Source: Escherichia coli
GTDB lineage: Bacteria; Pseudomonadota; Gammaproteobacteria; Enterobacterales; Enterobacteriaceae
Direction: 5' to 3' (one strand)
Assembly: GCF_030384885.1 (NCBI RefSeq)
Contig: NZ_CP128613.1
DNA: 64,000 nucleotides
Shown: positions 21,114 through 30,937 of the stretch, piece after piece
How the letters are laid out: each line of letters opens with the position of its first letter
How positions within the stretch are numbered: position 1 is the first letter of the stretch
Notes under the pieces: generated by a model
What the model was told of the DNA's origin: nothing
Databases searched by the model: none
What the model saw: the letters and a program-made list of their open reading frames with translations, nothing else
Position numbers and translations under genes: made by a program

Positions 21114-22239
21114 ATTGCTTCACCAACAGTGTCAGCACTTCATAGTGCGCGGTGTGCGGGAACATATCAAAAAGCTGTACCCGTTCAATACGATAACCTG
21201 ACAGTTCGCGGATATCTTTGGCCATCGTTTGGGCGTTACAGCTGGAGTAGATGATAAAACGCGGTGCCATCGTTGAAAGATAATCACACAGCGGTTTACC
21301 AATGCCGCGGCGCGGCGGGTTAACCAGCACCAGCTCCGGCACCTCCCCCTGAGCGGTGGCAAACTGAGTGGAATCCAGCGCCTGAAATTGCAAACGCGTT
21401 AAGCCCAGTTCAGCGGCTGACTGCTTCGCACAGGCAATGGCCTCTGGCGCAATTTCGATCCCGGTTAACTGCATGTCAGGCGTCGCGCAGTGTAAACCAA
21501 AGCCGCCCACGCCACAGAACAGATCCCACATATGTTTAACCGGCAACTGTCGTACCCAGTCGCGCGCAGTAGCGTACAGCTGGCTGGCGACCACCGGATT
21601 AGTCTGGAAGAAACTTTGTGGACGGATCCACAGCGGCACATCGTTAAAACGCTCAGCCAGCGCCTGTTGTTCGCTCAGATAAATCTCCGTCTCCCCTTCC
21701 ATAATCGCCATATGTACCGGCTGAATATTGACGGTAATAACTTTCAGCTGCGGCAGTTGTGCCTGTAACCACGGCAGCGCCTTACGCAGTTGTGCCAGCT
21801 TAGTGTCAGAACGCAGTACAAAGCGCAGCATCATGCCGCCATCACTTTGGCTTTCAGTCAGCAGAATGTATTTCAGTTCGCCACGCTTACGCGCCACGTT
21901 GTAGGGTGTTAACCCCGCACGGGCGATAAACGGTTTTAACGCCGCAAAAACGGGCGCAAATGAGGAGGGATAAAGCGGACAATCGCAAAGGTCTTCTGGT
22001 GTGCCGTCGCGATGCAGCATACCGAGCAGTGGTTTTTCAACGCTACCACTCACCACCATTTTGGCTTTATTACGAAACCCTTGCTCCGGGCCTGACACCG
22101 GCTCGCACCATTCCTCAACCGAAAAGTCGGCGAGCAGATTTTTAAGATCGGCGGTTTTAGCGGAGAGTTGCTCTGGAATCAGCTGCGTTATCCACTGACA
22201 GGAACGACAGCGACCCGCGTCGTAAAGTGCGCACTGCAT
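21112..22239 (-). CDS. rlmC: 23S rRNA (uracil747-C5)-methyltransferase RlmC/RumB (375 aa)
   Basis: Translation [24 protein letters not shown] with the Cys cluster. Confidence 0.9.
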
Positions 22240-22279
22240 ACATTGACCTTCACATCATCAGGGGCGACGATTATACACA

Positions 22280-22768
22280 TTATTGCAACTGGAAGAACCG
22301 CCGACTGGTCGAGGGAACGAACAGTAGCAACAGGATGAGCATATCCGGCAACTTCTGCAGCATCAGGCTATGGAAGATTTCACGTTTTGATTCACCGGGA
22401 ATGCTGAACAGCTCCGGATAACCATACCCCAGCGAAGCCGCCCACAAATAACTGGCGGCCGTGATTTGTGTCAACAGATACAGCCAGCGCGCCCAGCGAC
22501 GCCCTTTCACCAGTGAAAACGCACACCAGATCTCAATGAAAACCAGCACCAGGCTGCTTAAAAAGACCAGTGTTAAACTCCAGGTTTGTACGCTGCGATG
22601 AATGAACTCGCCAATACCGCGCACGCCCAGCGTATTGAAAATCATCAGCACGTCGAGGCCACGGATCATAATAATGGCGAGCGCCGCCACCTGCACCAGC
22701 GCAGGCACATTCAGACGAGCATGAGATGAAGATGTTTTCTTAAAAAATCCCAACGTTTCGTCTTCCAT
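22280..22768 (-). CDS. ybjO: Inner membrane protein YbjO (162 aa)
   Basis: Translation MEDETLGFFKKTSSSHARLNVPALVQVAALAIIMIRGLDVLMIFN. Confidence 0.85.
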   Translation of the reverse strand: MEDETLGFFKKTSSSHARLNVPALVQVAALAIIMIRGLDVLMIFNTLGVRGIGEFIHRSVQTWSLTLVFLSSLVLVFIEIWCAFSLVKGRRWARWLYLLTQITAASYLWAASLGYGYPELFSIPGESKREIFHSLMLQKLPDMLILLLLFVPSTSRRFFQLQ

Positions 22769-22827
22769 GAAAACAATGCCGCGACATGCGCGGCATTATG
22801 TAGCCAGGTTGGCAAATTTTAGTGTCT

Positions 22828-23673
22828 TCAGCCACGTCTTGCACGCTGGATGTCGCGTATCCGCTGTTTTTCTGCGCGCGCCATCAGATACCAGGCGATA
22901 AATCCGACAATTCCGACCGCACCGAGGATCAATGTTGCCAGGGCGTTGATTTCCGGATTCACCCCCATCCGCACGCTGGAAAAGACCAGCATCGGTAACG
23001 TGGTGGCTCCCGGCCCGGAAACAAAGCTGGCGATAACCAGATCATCAAGCGACAAAGTAAAAGCCAGTAACCAGCCAGAAATGATCGCGGGCATGATCAT
23101 CGGTAGCGTAATGACGAAAAACACTTTCAGCGGCGTCGCACCGAGATCCATCGCTGCTTCTTCAATGGAACGGTCCAGCTCCCGCAGACGCGACGAAATA
23201 ACGACTGCCACATAAGCCGTACAGAAAGTGACATGCGCCAGCCAGATGGTGAGCATGCCTCGCTCCGCAGGCCAGCCGATGGCATGTGCAAGTGCGACGA
23301 ATAACAACAACAGCGACAAGCCCGTGATCACATCCGGCATTACCAATGGCGCAGTGATCATAAAGGCAAAGCCATTTGATCCGCGAAACCGACCAAAGCG
23401 TACCAGTACCACTGCCGCAATCGTCCCGAGGATCGCCGCCGCCGTTGCCGCACAGGCAGCTATTGTCAGGCTTAAACCAACCGCACTCATCATCGCGTCA
23501 TCGCGCAATAATTCGCCATACCAGCGCGTTGACCAGCCGGCCCACACCGTCACCAGCTTCGAGCTGTTGAATGAATAGATCACCAGCATCAGCATTGGCG
23601 CGTAGAGAAAGGTGAAGCCCAACAGCAAAATCACAATTCGCCAGGGCGAACGAACCACCGGTAAATTATTCAT
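22828..23673 (-). CDS. potI: Putrescine ABC transporter permease PotI (281 aa)
   Basis: Translation MNNLPVVRSPWRIVILLLGFTFLYAPMLML from internal ATG; ATGA overlap with potH. Confidence 0.9.
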   Translation of the reverse strand: MNNLPVVRSPWRIVILLLGFTFLYAPMLMLVIYSFNSSKLVTVWAGWSTRWYGELLRDDAMMSAVGLSLTIAACAATAAAILGTIAAVVLVRFGRFRGSNGFAFMITAPLVMPDVITGLSLLLLFVALAHAIGWPAERGMLTIWLAHVTFCTAYVAVVISSRLRELDRSIEEAAMDLGATPLKVFFVITLPMIMPAIISGWLLAFTLSLDDLVIASFVSGPGATTLPMLVFSSVRMGVNPEINALATLILGAVGIVGFIAWYLMARAEKQRIRDIQRARRG

Positions 23674-24623
23674 CCGTGTTCTCCCACGCTTTTTTGCTGA
23701 TGCTTGTGGAACCACATTATCGGCACAATTAACAGCAACAACATGATGATCGCTACCGCCGAGGCCACCGGCCAGTCGCGGTTATTGAAAAACTCCTGCC
23801 ACAGCACGCGCCCGATCATGATGCTGTCCGGGCCACCGAGCAGTTCAGGGATCACAAACTCGCCCACAGCCGGGATAAACACCAGCATCGATCCGGCAAT
23901 AATCCCGCCTTTGGTCAGCGGCACGATCACAGTAAAGAACGTTTTCAGCGGTCGTGCACCGAGATCCAGTGCCGCTTCCACCAGCGAATAATCAATACGA
24001 ATCAACGCGGTATAAATCGGCAGCACCATAAACGGTACATAGGCATAAACAATGCCGATATAAACAGCCAGGTTTGTATGCAGAATGGTCAGCGGCTGGT
24101 CGATAACTCCCAGCCATAGCAGAAAGTTATTCAGCACGCCGTTATTTTTTAATATTCCCATCCAGGCATAGACGCGGATCAGAAACGAGGTCCACGACGG
24201 CAGGATCACCAGCAGCAATAAGATATTGCGGGTCGAAGGCTTACTGTGCGCCACCGCCCACGCCAGCGGATAGCCGATCAGTAAACAACAAATTGTCGAA
24301 ATCGCCGCCACCTGTAACGACTGGAGATATGCATCGAAATAGAGCGGATCGTCAGTCAGTTGCAGGAAATTACCAAGATTGAGGGTGATGGAAAGTTGCC
24401 CGTCAGCCCACTCCATCAGTTCGGTATAAGGTGGAATAGCGCGCGCCATCTCCGCCAGACTTATTTTAAAGACGATCAGAAATGGCAGCAGAAACAGTAA
24501 GATCAACCAGATATACGGCAACGCAATGACCAGTTTTCTCCCATGCTTCATTTGCAGCTGCGACAACCACAGCTTAAATCCGCCCGGCGGTTTCGACTGG
24601 GCAGCAGGTTCAAGTGTACTCAT
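23670..24623 (-). CDS. potH: Putrescine ABC transporter permease PotH (317 aa)
   Basis: Translation MSTLEPAAQSKPPGGFKLWLSQLQMKHGRKLVIALPYIWL. Confidence 0.95.
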   Translation of the reverse strand: MSTLEPAAQSKPPGGFKLWLSQLQMKHGRKLVIALPYIWLILLFLLPFLIVFKISLAEMARAIPPYTELMEWADGQLSITLNLGNFLQLTDDPLYFDAYLQSLQVAAISTICCLLIGYPLAWAVAHSKPSTRNILLLLVILPSWTSFLIRVYAWMGILKNNGVLNNFLLWLGVIDQPLTILHTNLAVYIGIVYAYVPFMVLPIYTALIRIDYSLVEAALDLGARPLKTFFTVIVPLTKGGIIAGSMLVFIPAVGEFVIPELLGGPDSIMIGRVLWQEFFNNRDWPVASAVAIIMLLLLIVPIMWFHKHQQKSVGEHG

Positions 24624-24632
24624 CTTTGCTCC

Positions 24633-25766
24633 TTAAACCGTCAGCACCACACAACTGTCCACTTCCCAGCACAAACGCACTTCGTCGCCCCAGGTCGGTA
24701 ACCCTTTGCGATAACGATGGGCGTTTTGTAGCTGGGCGCTAATCATCTGCCCGCTTTTTAGACGAACGTGATAGACCGAAAGATCGCCGAGATAGGCAAT
24801 GTGCATCACCTCCCCTACCGCGAAGTTACAACCATTGGCGGGCGGCTCCTCGCAGAGCATGATTTTTTCCGGACGCAGCGCCACATGCACCGGCACGTTA
24901 TCGACCACCGAAGCATCTACATCAACTTTCAGTGGATGCACCAGCCCCGGCGAATAAAGCACCAGACCATCTTCCTGACGCTCTTTGAGTACACCTTCAA
25001 AGACGTTTACCGAACCGATAAATTCAGCGCTATAGCGGGTGGTCGGATGCTCGTAGATCTCTTCCGGCTCGCCAATCTGGACAAATTTCCCACGATTCAT
25101 AATGGCAATACGCCCCGCCATGGTCATCGCCTCTTCCTGATCGTGGGTGACCATCACACAAGTCACACCAACGCGCTCCAGAATATCCACCACTTCAAGC
25201 TGCATCCGGTCACGCAGTTTTTTATCCAGCGCGCCCATCGGCTCGTCGAGCAGTAATAGTTTCGGACGTTTGGCGAGGCTTCGGGCCAGCGCCACACGCT
25301 GTCGCTGACCGCCGGAAAGCTGGTGCGGTTTGCGTTTGGCGAACTCCTGCATATGTACCAGGTCGAGCATCTCGTTGACCCGGCTGGCAATTTCTGCTTT
25401 CGGCAGTTTGTCCTGTTTCAGGCCAAAGGCGATGTTCTGCTCCACGGTCATATGCGGAAACAGCGCGTAAGATTGAAACATCATATTGATGGGACGCAGA
25501 TAAGGCGGCACCTGTGACAAATCGACGCCATCAAGCATAATCTGCCCGGCAGAAGGTTGTTCGAAACCTGCCAGCATACGCAGTAGCGTGGACTTGCCAC
25601 AGCCGGATGCGCCCAGCAGCGCGAAGATTTCGCCTTTATAGATGGTCAGGCTGACATCATCGACCGCATGCTGACCATCGTAAGATTTAGTCAGATTACG
25701 GATTTCTAATAGCGGCGTCAGCGCCTTACGGGTTTTCGCCTGGGGGCGAGGGATAGCGTCATTCAC
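24633..25766 (-). CDS. potG: Putrescine ABC transporter ATPase PotG (377 aa), GTG start
   Basis: Translation (M)NDAIPRPQAKTRKALTPLLEIRNLTKSYDG with Walker A GASGCGKST; the 404-aa ORF-track frame is trimmed to match the known length. Confidence 0.85.
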   Translation of the reverse strand: MNDAIPRPQAKTRKALTPLLEIRNLTKSYDGQHAVDDVSLTIYKGEIFALLGASGCGKSTLLRMLAGFEQPSAGQIMLDGVDLSQVPPYLRPINMMFQSYALFPHMTVEQNIAFGLKQDKLPKAEIASRVNEMLDLVHMQEFAKRKPHQLSGGQRQRVALARSLAKRPKLLLLDEPMGALDKKLRDRMQLEVVDILERVGVTCVMVTHDQEEAMTMAGRIAIMNRGKFVQIGEPEEIYEHPTTRYSAEFIGSVNVFEGVLKERQEDGLVLYSPGLVHPLKVDVDASVVDNVPVHVALRPEKIMLCEEPPANGCNFAVGEVMHIAYLGDLSVYHVRLKSGQMISAQLQNAHRYRKGLPTWGDEVRLCWEVDSCVVLTV

Positions 25767-25860
25767 GGCTGCTCTCCGGCATTGAATGTGTGCAAGCGCA
25801 CCCTGATGGTGCGAATTGCCGGCGGGTGTGGTGCGCCCGTCCGGCATCTACGGCTGCGGA

Positions 25861-26973
25861 TTATTTTCCGCTCTTCACTTTGGTCCACGCGCGGGTGCGC
25901 ACACGGTCGATTTTCGGATCCTGCACTTTCAGAGTGAACAGCTTCGCACGGACATCCGCAGGCGGGTAAATACCGGGGTTATCACGCACTTCCGCGCTTA
26001 CCAGCGACGTAGCTTCTTTGTTCGCGTTGGCATAGAACACATGGTCAGAGATATGCGCTACGACATCCGGACGCAGCAGGTAATTCAGGAACTGATAAGC
26101 TTCGTCTTTATTTTTGGCATCCGCAGGCATGGCAAATACATCAAAGAATGCCATCGCCCCTTCTTTCGGAATCGAGAACGAGACATTCACGCCATTCTTT
26201 GCTTCCTTCGCGCGGTTTGACGCCTGCCAGACATCGCCCGCCCAGCCAATAGCGACGCAGATATCGCCGTTTGCCAGGTCGTTAATGTATTGAGATGAAT
26301 GGAAATAACGAATGTTCGGGCGCAACTTTAACAGCAGATCGGTTGCCGGTCCGGTGTAATCATCTGCTTTAGTGCTGTTGGGATCTTTACCGAGATAATT
26401 CAGCACGGTAGCAAACACTTCTTCCGGTGCATCAAGGAAAGAGACGCCGCAGCTTTTCAGTTTTTCCAGATTTTCAGGTTTGAGGATCAAGTCCCAGCTA
26501 TCGACGGGCGCGTTTTCGCCCAGCACCGCTTTAACTTTATCGACGTTATAACCAATCCCGGTCGTCGCCCACATATAGGGCATAGCAAATTTATTGTCGG
26601 GATCGTGTTTGGCGACCAACTTCAGCAGTTCCGGGTCGAGATTCTTCCACTCCGGCAATTTGCTTTTATCCAGCGGCTGGAAAACTCCCGCAGTCAACTG
26701 GCGCTCCAGAAAGCTGGCAGATGGAACCACCAGGTCAAAGCCGGTGCTCCCTGCCATTAATTTGCCTTCCAGTACTTCGTTAGAGTCGAAAACATCGTAG
26801 ACGACTTTAATACCGGTTTCTTTTTCAAAATTGGCCACCGTGTCCGGGGCGATATAATCAGACCAGTTATAAATGTGGAGTGTTTTTTGTTCAGCCGCGA
26901 GCGTGCCGACAGAGACGGCCATCAGAGCACCCGCAACCAGACCCGATAGCCATTTTTTATTTAAGGCGGTCAT
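25861..26973 (-). CDS. potF: Periplasmic putrescine-binding protein PotF (370 aa)
   Basis: Translation MTALNKKWLSGLVAGALMAVSVGTLAAEQKTLHIYNWSDYIAPDT; the ORF-track N-terminal extension is rejected. Confidence 0.95.
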   Translation of the reverse strand: MTALNKKWLSGLVAGALMAVSVGTLAAEQKTLHIYNWSDYIAPDTVANFEKETGIKVVYDVFDSNEVLEGKLMAGSTGFDLVVPSASFLERQLTAGVFQPLDKSKLPEWKNLDPELLKLVAKHDPDNKFAMPYMWATTGIGYNVDKVKAVLGENAPVDSWDLILKPENLEKLKSCGVSFLDAPEEVFATVLNYLGKDPNSTKADDYTGPATDLLLKLRPNIRYFHSSQYINDLANGDICVAIGWAGDVWQASNRAKEAKNGVNVSFSIPKEGAMAFFDVFAMPADAKNKDEAYQFLNYLLRPDVVAHISDHVFYANANKEATSLVSAEVRDNPGIYPPADVRAKLFTLKVQDPKIDRVRTRAWTKVKSGK

Positions 26974-27254
26974 ATCTCTTTCCTTCTGAAAGTTCGTTAA
27001 CAAACGAACAAAAGTTGTCACACTGAAAGATATGCAATATTCGTGCATATTTTTTATCGGCTCGGTGTAAGAAAAGAGAACTCTCTCCCGGCCAGCACTG
27101 CTCGCTATATAAAAGCATCGCAAGAATAACTTTAGCCAGGGTTTGAGACTATAGCTCGGATTAAAAAACGGTATTTAACAAATTTTTATGCGTATTTGCT
27201 CTATGTGATAAAGCCAAATCGGCACAAGGGAAGTGAAATAATCTTTAAGAAAAG

Positions 27255-27308
27255 GTTAAAAACAGCAGATAATTTTGCAGCACGCAGTCACTGCGGCAGC
27301 GACTGCGT
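27255..27308 (-). terminator. Candidate terminator downstream of ybjN
   Basis: Imperfect palindrome ACGCAGTCACTGCGGCAGCGACTGCGT followed on the minus strand by a U-rich tract. Confidence 0.4.
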
Positions 27309-27323
27309 ACTCGAAAGGAGTTA

Positions 27324-27800
27324 TCAGTGGAGGAAATAGTTTTCGGTAACGTTGTTTTGCCCTTCATCGTCAGTCGGTAACAGCAGTTGATGGGCATTAG
27401 CTTCAAGAATGACCATCGAAATCTGCTCTTCGCTCTGACGCACGAACCATGCAAACTGCTCATAGGTTACGCCCTGCATAACGGATAAAGACTGGCAAAC
27501 CACCAGCTTTGGCAGATTATCATCCTGCATATCAAGAAATGCTTTCACGGTCAGCGAACTGGCATTGATGGCTGATAAATCCGCCGCCAGCGGCAATACG
27601 GCTGAAGGTCGGACTTCCGCCATGGCAGAAAACAGGATCGTGTTATCGATCAGATCGATTTTGGCATCAAAGACACCGTCGAAATTCTGCATATGGGGCA
27701 GATGCAGAGCCTGACAGTTATCACATTCAAAAAAACTCATCCCCAGGTCATCGAGCCATTGACGCAACGTATCCAGACCAGGAACGACCAGCGATGTCAT
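27324..27800 (-). CDS. ybjN: Putative sensory transduction regulator YbjN (158 aa)
   Basis: Translation MTSLVVPGLDTLRQWLDDLGMSFFECDNCQALHLPHMQNFDG. Confidence 0.9.
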   Translation of the reverse strand: MTSLVVPGLDTLRQWLDDLGMSFFECDNCQALHLPHMQNFDGVFDAKIDLIDNTILFSAMAEVRPSAVLPLAADLSAINASSLTVKAFLDMQDDNLPKLVVCQSLSVMQGVTYEQFAWFVRQSEEQISMVILEANAHQLLLPTDDEGQNNVTENYFLH

Positions 27801-27887
27801 AATTTTGTACAACCTCTTCCGATAAAAAGACCGGCACAGCTTACGCAAAAAGCGCAGGCAAAACCATGATCAGTAATGTGATTGCGA

Positions 27888-28790
27888 CTAACCACCCGTT
27901 TTCAGGCAATATTCTGTCGTGGCGTGGCGTTCGATCCAACGGATCATTTTACTCGCGATGTCGATACCGGTGGTTTTTTCTATTCCTTCCAGCCCCGGCG
28001 ACGCATTCACCTCCATCACCAATGGCCCGCGATTAGCACGCAGAATATCCACACCAGCAACGTCCAGCGCCATCGTTCGCGCGGCTTTTATCGCGATTTC
28101 ACGCTCCTGTGGTGTGATACTGGCGACGCTTGCCGCGCCTCCACGATGCAAATTGGAACGAAAATCGCCCTCTTTCGCCCGCCGTTCAATCGCAGCGACC
28201 ACTTCATCGCCAACAACCAGACAGCGGATATCGCACCCTTGCGCCTCTTTGATATATTCCTGCACCAAAATATGCGCGTTCAGACCGCGGAAAGCGTCAA
28301 TCACGCTTTCCGCCGCCTGACGCGTCTCCGCCAGCACGACACCAATTCCCTGCGTACCTTCAACCAGCTTAACCACCAGCGGCGCACCACCGACCATGTC
28401 GATTAAATCGCTGGTATCATCCGGCGAATGCGCAATGCCCGTGACAGGCAGGTCGATGCCCTGACGCGCCAGCAGTTGCATGGAACGCAATTTGTCACGC
28501 GCCCGGGCAATGGCGACCGACTCATTGAGCGGATAGCTCCCCAGCATCTCGAACTGGCGCAGTGCCGCCGTCCCATAAAAGGTAATGGCGGTGCCAATAC
28601 GCGGGATCACTGCGTCAAAATGGGGTAACTTGCGGCCTTTGTAGTGAATAGAAGACGCCGCAGGATTTATGTTCATGTAGCAAGAAAGCGGATCAAGAAT
28701 TTCAACCAGGTGACCACGCTGTATAGCGGCTTCACGCAGCCGCTTACACGAATAGAGCGTTCCATCCCGGGACAATATGGCAATTTTCAC
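27888..28790 (-). CDS. rimK: Ribosomal protein S6 glutamate ligase RimK (300 aa)
   Basis: Translation [34 protein letters not shown]; ATP-grasp. Confidence 0.95.
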   Translation of the reverse strand: MKIAILSRDGTLYSCKRLREAAIQRGHLVEILDPLSCYMNINPAASSIHYKGRKLPHFDAVIPRIGTAITFYGTAALRQFEMLGSYPLNESVAIARARDKLRSMQLLARQGIDLPVTGIAHSPDDTSDLIDMVGGAPLVVKLVEGTQGIGVVLAETRQAAESVIDAFRGLNAHILVQEYIKEAQGCDIRCLVVGDEVVAAIERRAKEGDFRSNLHRGGAASVASITPQEREIAIKAARTMALDVAGVDILRANRGPLVMEVNASPGLEGIEKTTGIDIASKMIRWIERHATTEYCLKTGG

Positions 28791-28850
28791 CCTGCACCTC
28801 TCTGTCAGACCTGGTCAAAAGCCCGCGTATCATACATCGGCGTGGCGGTT

Positions 28851-29573
28851 TTAGCGCGTAGCCCAACCCTGTTTGTGCAAATAATCCAGTATAAATGGGC
28901 GGCTTTCTTTAATGATTGTTCGGCGGATATGATCGCTCCAGGTATCCCGGCGATTATTGCTGCCACGGGTGAGGTAATATTCCGCCAGCTGCTCGTCATA
29001 CTGCGCCAGTGCGTCTTTATCCAGCGGTTGATAGCTGTTTTCATGCACCAAAATGGAAGCCGGTAAACGCGGCTTAAGATCCGGATTATCCGCAGGCCAG
29101 CCAAGGCACAGCCCAAACAGCGGCAGAACATGCTGCGGTAATTTCAGCAGTTCCGTCACCGCTTCAATATTATTGCGCAGGCCGCCGATATATACCCCGC
29201 CCAATCCCAGCGATTCCGCTGCGGTTAACGCATTCTGCGCCATCATTGCCGTATCAACGACACCGAGCAACAGTTGTTCCGCCAGGCCAAGTTGTGCATC
29301 CGGACAGATCTGTAAATGGCGGTTAAAGTCGGCACAGAACACCCAAAACTCCGCCGCTTTCGCTACGTGTTTTTGCCCGCCGGTCAGCGTCACCAGTTCA
29401 TCACGTAACGCTTCGTCGGTAATGCGAATAATGCTACTGCACTGCAAAAAACTGGAACTGGACGTCGCACGGGCGCTGTTAATAATCGCCTCACGCTGCG
29501 CTTCGGAAATGGGTTCATCAGTGAAATGGCGAATGGAGCGATGGCCACAAATAAGTTCAATGGTTGGCGTCAT
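28851..29573 (-). CDS. nfsA: Oxygen-insensitive NADPH nitroreductase NfsA (240 aa)
   Basis: Translation MTPTIELICGHRSIRHFTDEPISEAQREAIINSARATSSSSFLQ. Confidence 0.95.
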   Translation of the reverse strand: MTPTIELICGHRSIRHFTDEPISEAQREAIINSARATSSSSFLQCSSIIRITDEALRDELVTLTGGQKHVAKAAEFWVFCADFNRHLQICPDAQLGLAEQLLLGVVDTAMMAQNALTAAESLGLGGVYIGGLRNNIEAVTELLKLPQHVLPLFGLCLGWPADNPDLKPRLPASILVHENSYQPLDKDALAQYDEQLAEYYLTRGSNNRRDTWSDHIRRTIIKESRPFILDYLHKQGWATR

Positions 29574-29844
29574 TATCTTTTTCTCTTTCTGAACGTGAAT
29601 ATTGCGGTGGACGGTTCATCAGCTGTGGGGCAAGACGTTTTGCCACCTGAAGAATAACCACCACCGCAGCGGGAAGCATGAGCAAAACACCGAGAAAAAT
29701 CATCAGAATCTGCACCTCTGGCCGAGAAAATGGCTCAGGCAGCGACAGGGAGCCGCTTACCGACAGCAGCGCCACCGCCAGCAACATCATTCCGATAAAT
29801 TCCAGTATCAACACGCTTTTAGGCAATTTACCGATCGCGCGCAT
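29557..29844 (-). CDS. ybjC: Small membrane protein YbjC (95 aa)
   Basis: Translation MRAIGKLPKSVLILEFIGMMLLAVALLSVSGSLSL; 3' end overlaps the nfsA start by 17 nt. Confidence 0.85.
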   Translation of the reverse strand: MRAIGKLPKSVLILEFIGMMLLAVALLSVSGSLSLPEPFSRPEVQILMIFLGVLLMLPAAVVVILQVAKRLAPQLMNRPPQYSRSEREKDNDANH

Positions 29845-30003
29845 ACGCTTCCCTCTGCAAAGTGAGCCTTCAGTCTAAAACTTTTCACTGTACTGTGTTT
29901 AACAGTTATAGCTTTTAGCAATTAATGCAACAGGTTAAACCTACTTTCAGCGAATACATTTTAGCGTGATCATTACAGGCATAAGTCTATGAGGAGAGAA
30001 ACA

Positions 30004-30261
30004 ATGCAAACCGTTATTTTTGGTCGTCCGGGTTGCCCTTACTGTGTGCGCGCAAAAGATCTGGCTGAGAAGTTGAGCAATGAACGCGATGATTTTCAGT
30101 ATCAGTATATAGATATTCGTGCGGAAGGGATCACTAAAGAAGATCTACAACAAAAGGCAGGTAAACCCGTAGAAACCGTGCCGCAAATTTTTGTCGATCA
30201 GCAACATATCGGCGGCTATACCGATTTTGCTGCATGGGTGAAAGAGAATCTGGACGTCTGA
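30004..30261 (+). CDS. grxA: Glutaredoxin 1 (85 aa)
   Basis: Translation MQTVIFGRPGCPYCVRAKDLAEKL with CPYC active site; ATG at 30004. Confidence 0.95.
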   Translation: MQTVIFGRPGCPYCVRAKDLAEKLSNERDDFQYQYIDIRAEGITKEDLQQKAGKPVETVPQIFVDQQHIGGYTDFAAWVKENLDV

Positions 30262-30270
30262 TCGTCTGAT

Positions 30271-30302
30271 AAGCCCTCGTGTTGAGGGCTTCATTGATTT
30301 TT
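30271..30302 (+). terminator. Hairpin terminator after grxA, overlapping the ybjM 3' end
   Basis: Stem AAGCCCTC / GAGGGCTT, then CATTGA and a T run. Confidence 0.55.
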
Positions 30303-30668
30303 TCTGTGCTGTGATTTAAACAAACTGCTGATAAATAAGAAACACAATGCCCCCAACGCACACCAGAACACCGCACTTAATAACCATGCCAGCTCTTGCC
30401 AGAATGAGCGCGTTGGTGAAAAAAACAGCCGCATTATGAGCATCGAACAGGGTGCCGCCAGCATTGCGCCAAATAGAGGTTTCAGGACTTCTCTACGCTG
30501 TGAAAAGAAGCTGGCAACCGCTCCAGGAAGAATGAAAAACAGCAAGCCAATTTCAGGATGCCCGGCAGCCCGAAAAGCGCCTTTCATGTGCGTCGCCAGA
30601 AAAAGGCACACCACAATGAAGAGGACAAAACAGCAGATTGCCCCCGCCCAACGTTGTTTATGTTTCAC
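30291..30668 (-). CDS. ybjM: Inner membrane protein YbjM (125 aa)
   Basis: Translation MKHKQRWAGAICCFVLFIVVCLFLATHMKGAFRAAGHPEIGLLFF. Confidence 0.85.
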   Translation of the reverse strand: MKHKQRWAGAICCFVLFIVVCLFLATHMKGAFRAAGHPEIGLLFFILPGAVASFFSQRREVLKPLFGAMLAAPCSMLIMRLFFSPTRSFWQELAWLLSAVFWCALGALCFLFISSLFKSQHRKNQ

Positions 30669-30937
30669 TCGTTCCTCCTGACACTGCGTCTATCGAACAC
30701 ATTTTTCGCCAGTGTGGCGTTCAGTAAGATAAAGCCGCTTCGCATTCCATGCTAATATAGGCCAACGCAATTCATATAGCCGTTGATACCTAATGTGATT
30801 ACACTAGTAAAATATATTGTTACTTTACTATCGTTTAGGTGCGCTGAATGAATCTGCGCCCTGAATTCTGGTAAAAAACATTATCGTAAATTACCATTTC
30901 TTTCAACAGCTTACTAGTAAACAAGAAGTTAGCCTCC

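Noticed and set aside
24768-25256. 162-aa plus-strand ORF inside potG
   Set aside because: Antisense to potG; His-rich low-complexity translation; shadow ORF.
26974-27323. Sigma-54 promoter upstream of potF
   Set aside because: I looked for the GG-N10-GC (TGGCAC-N5-TTGCA) element on the minus strand and found no convincing match, so no promoter feature was called.
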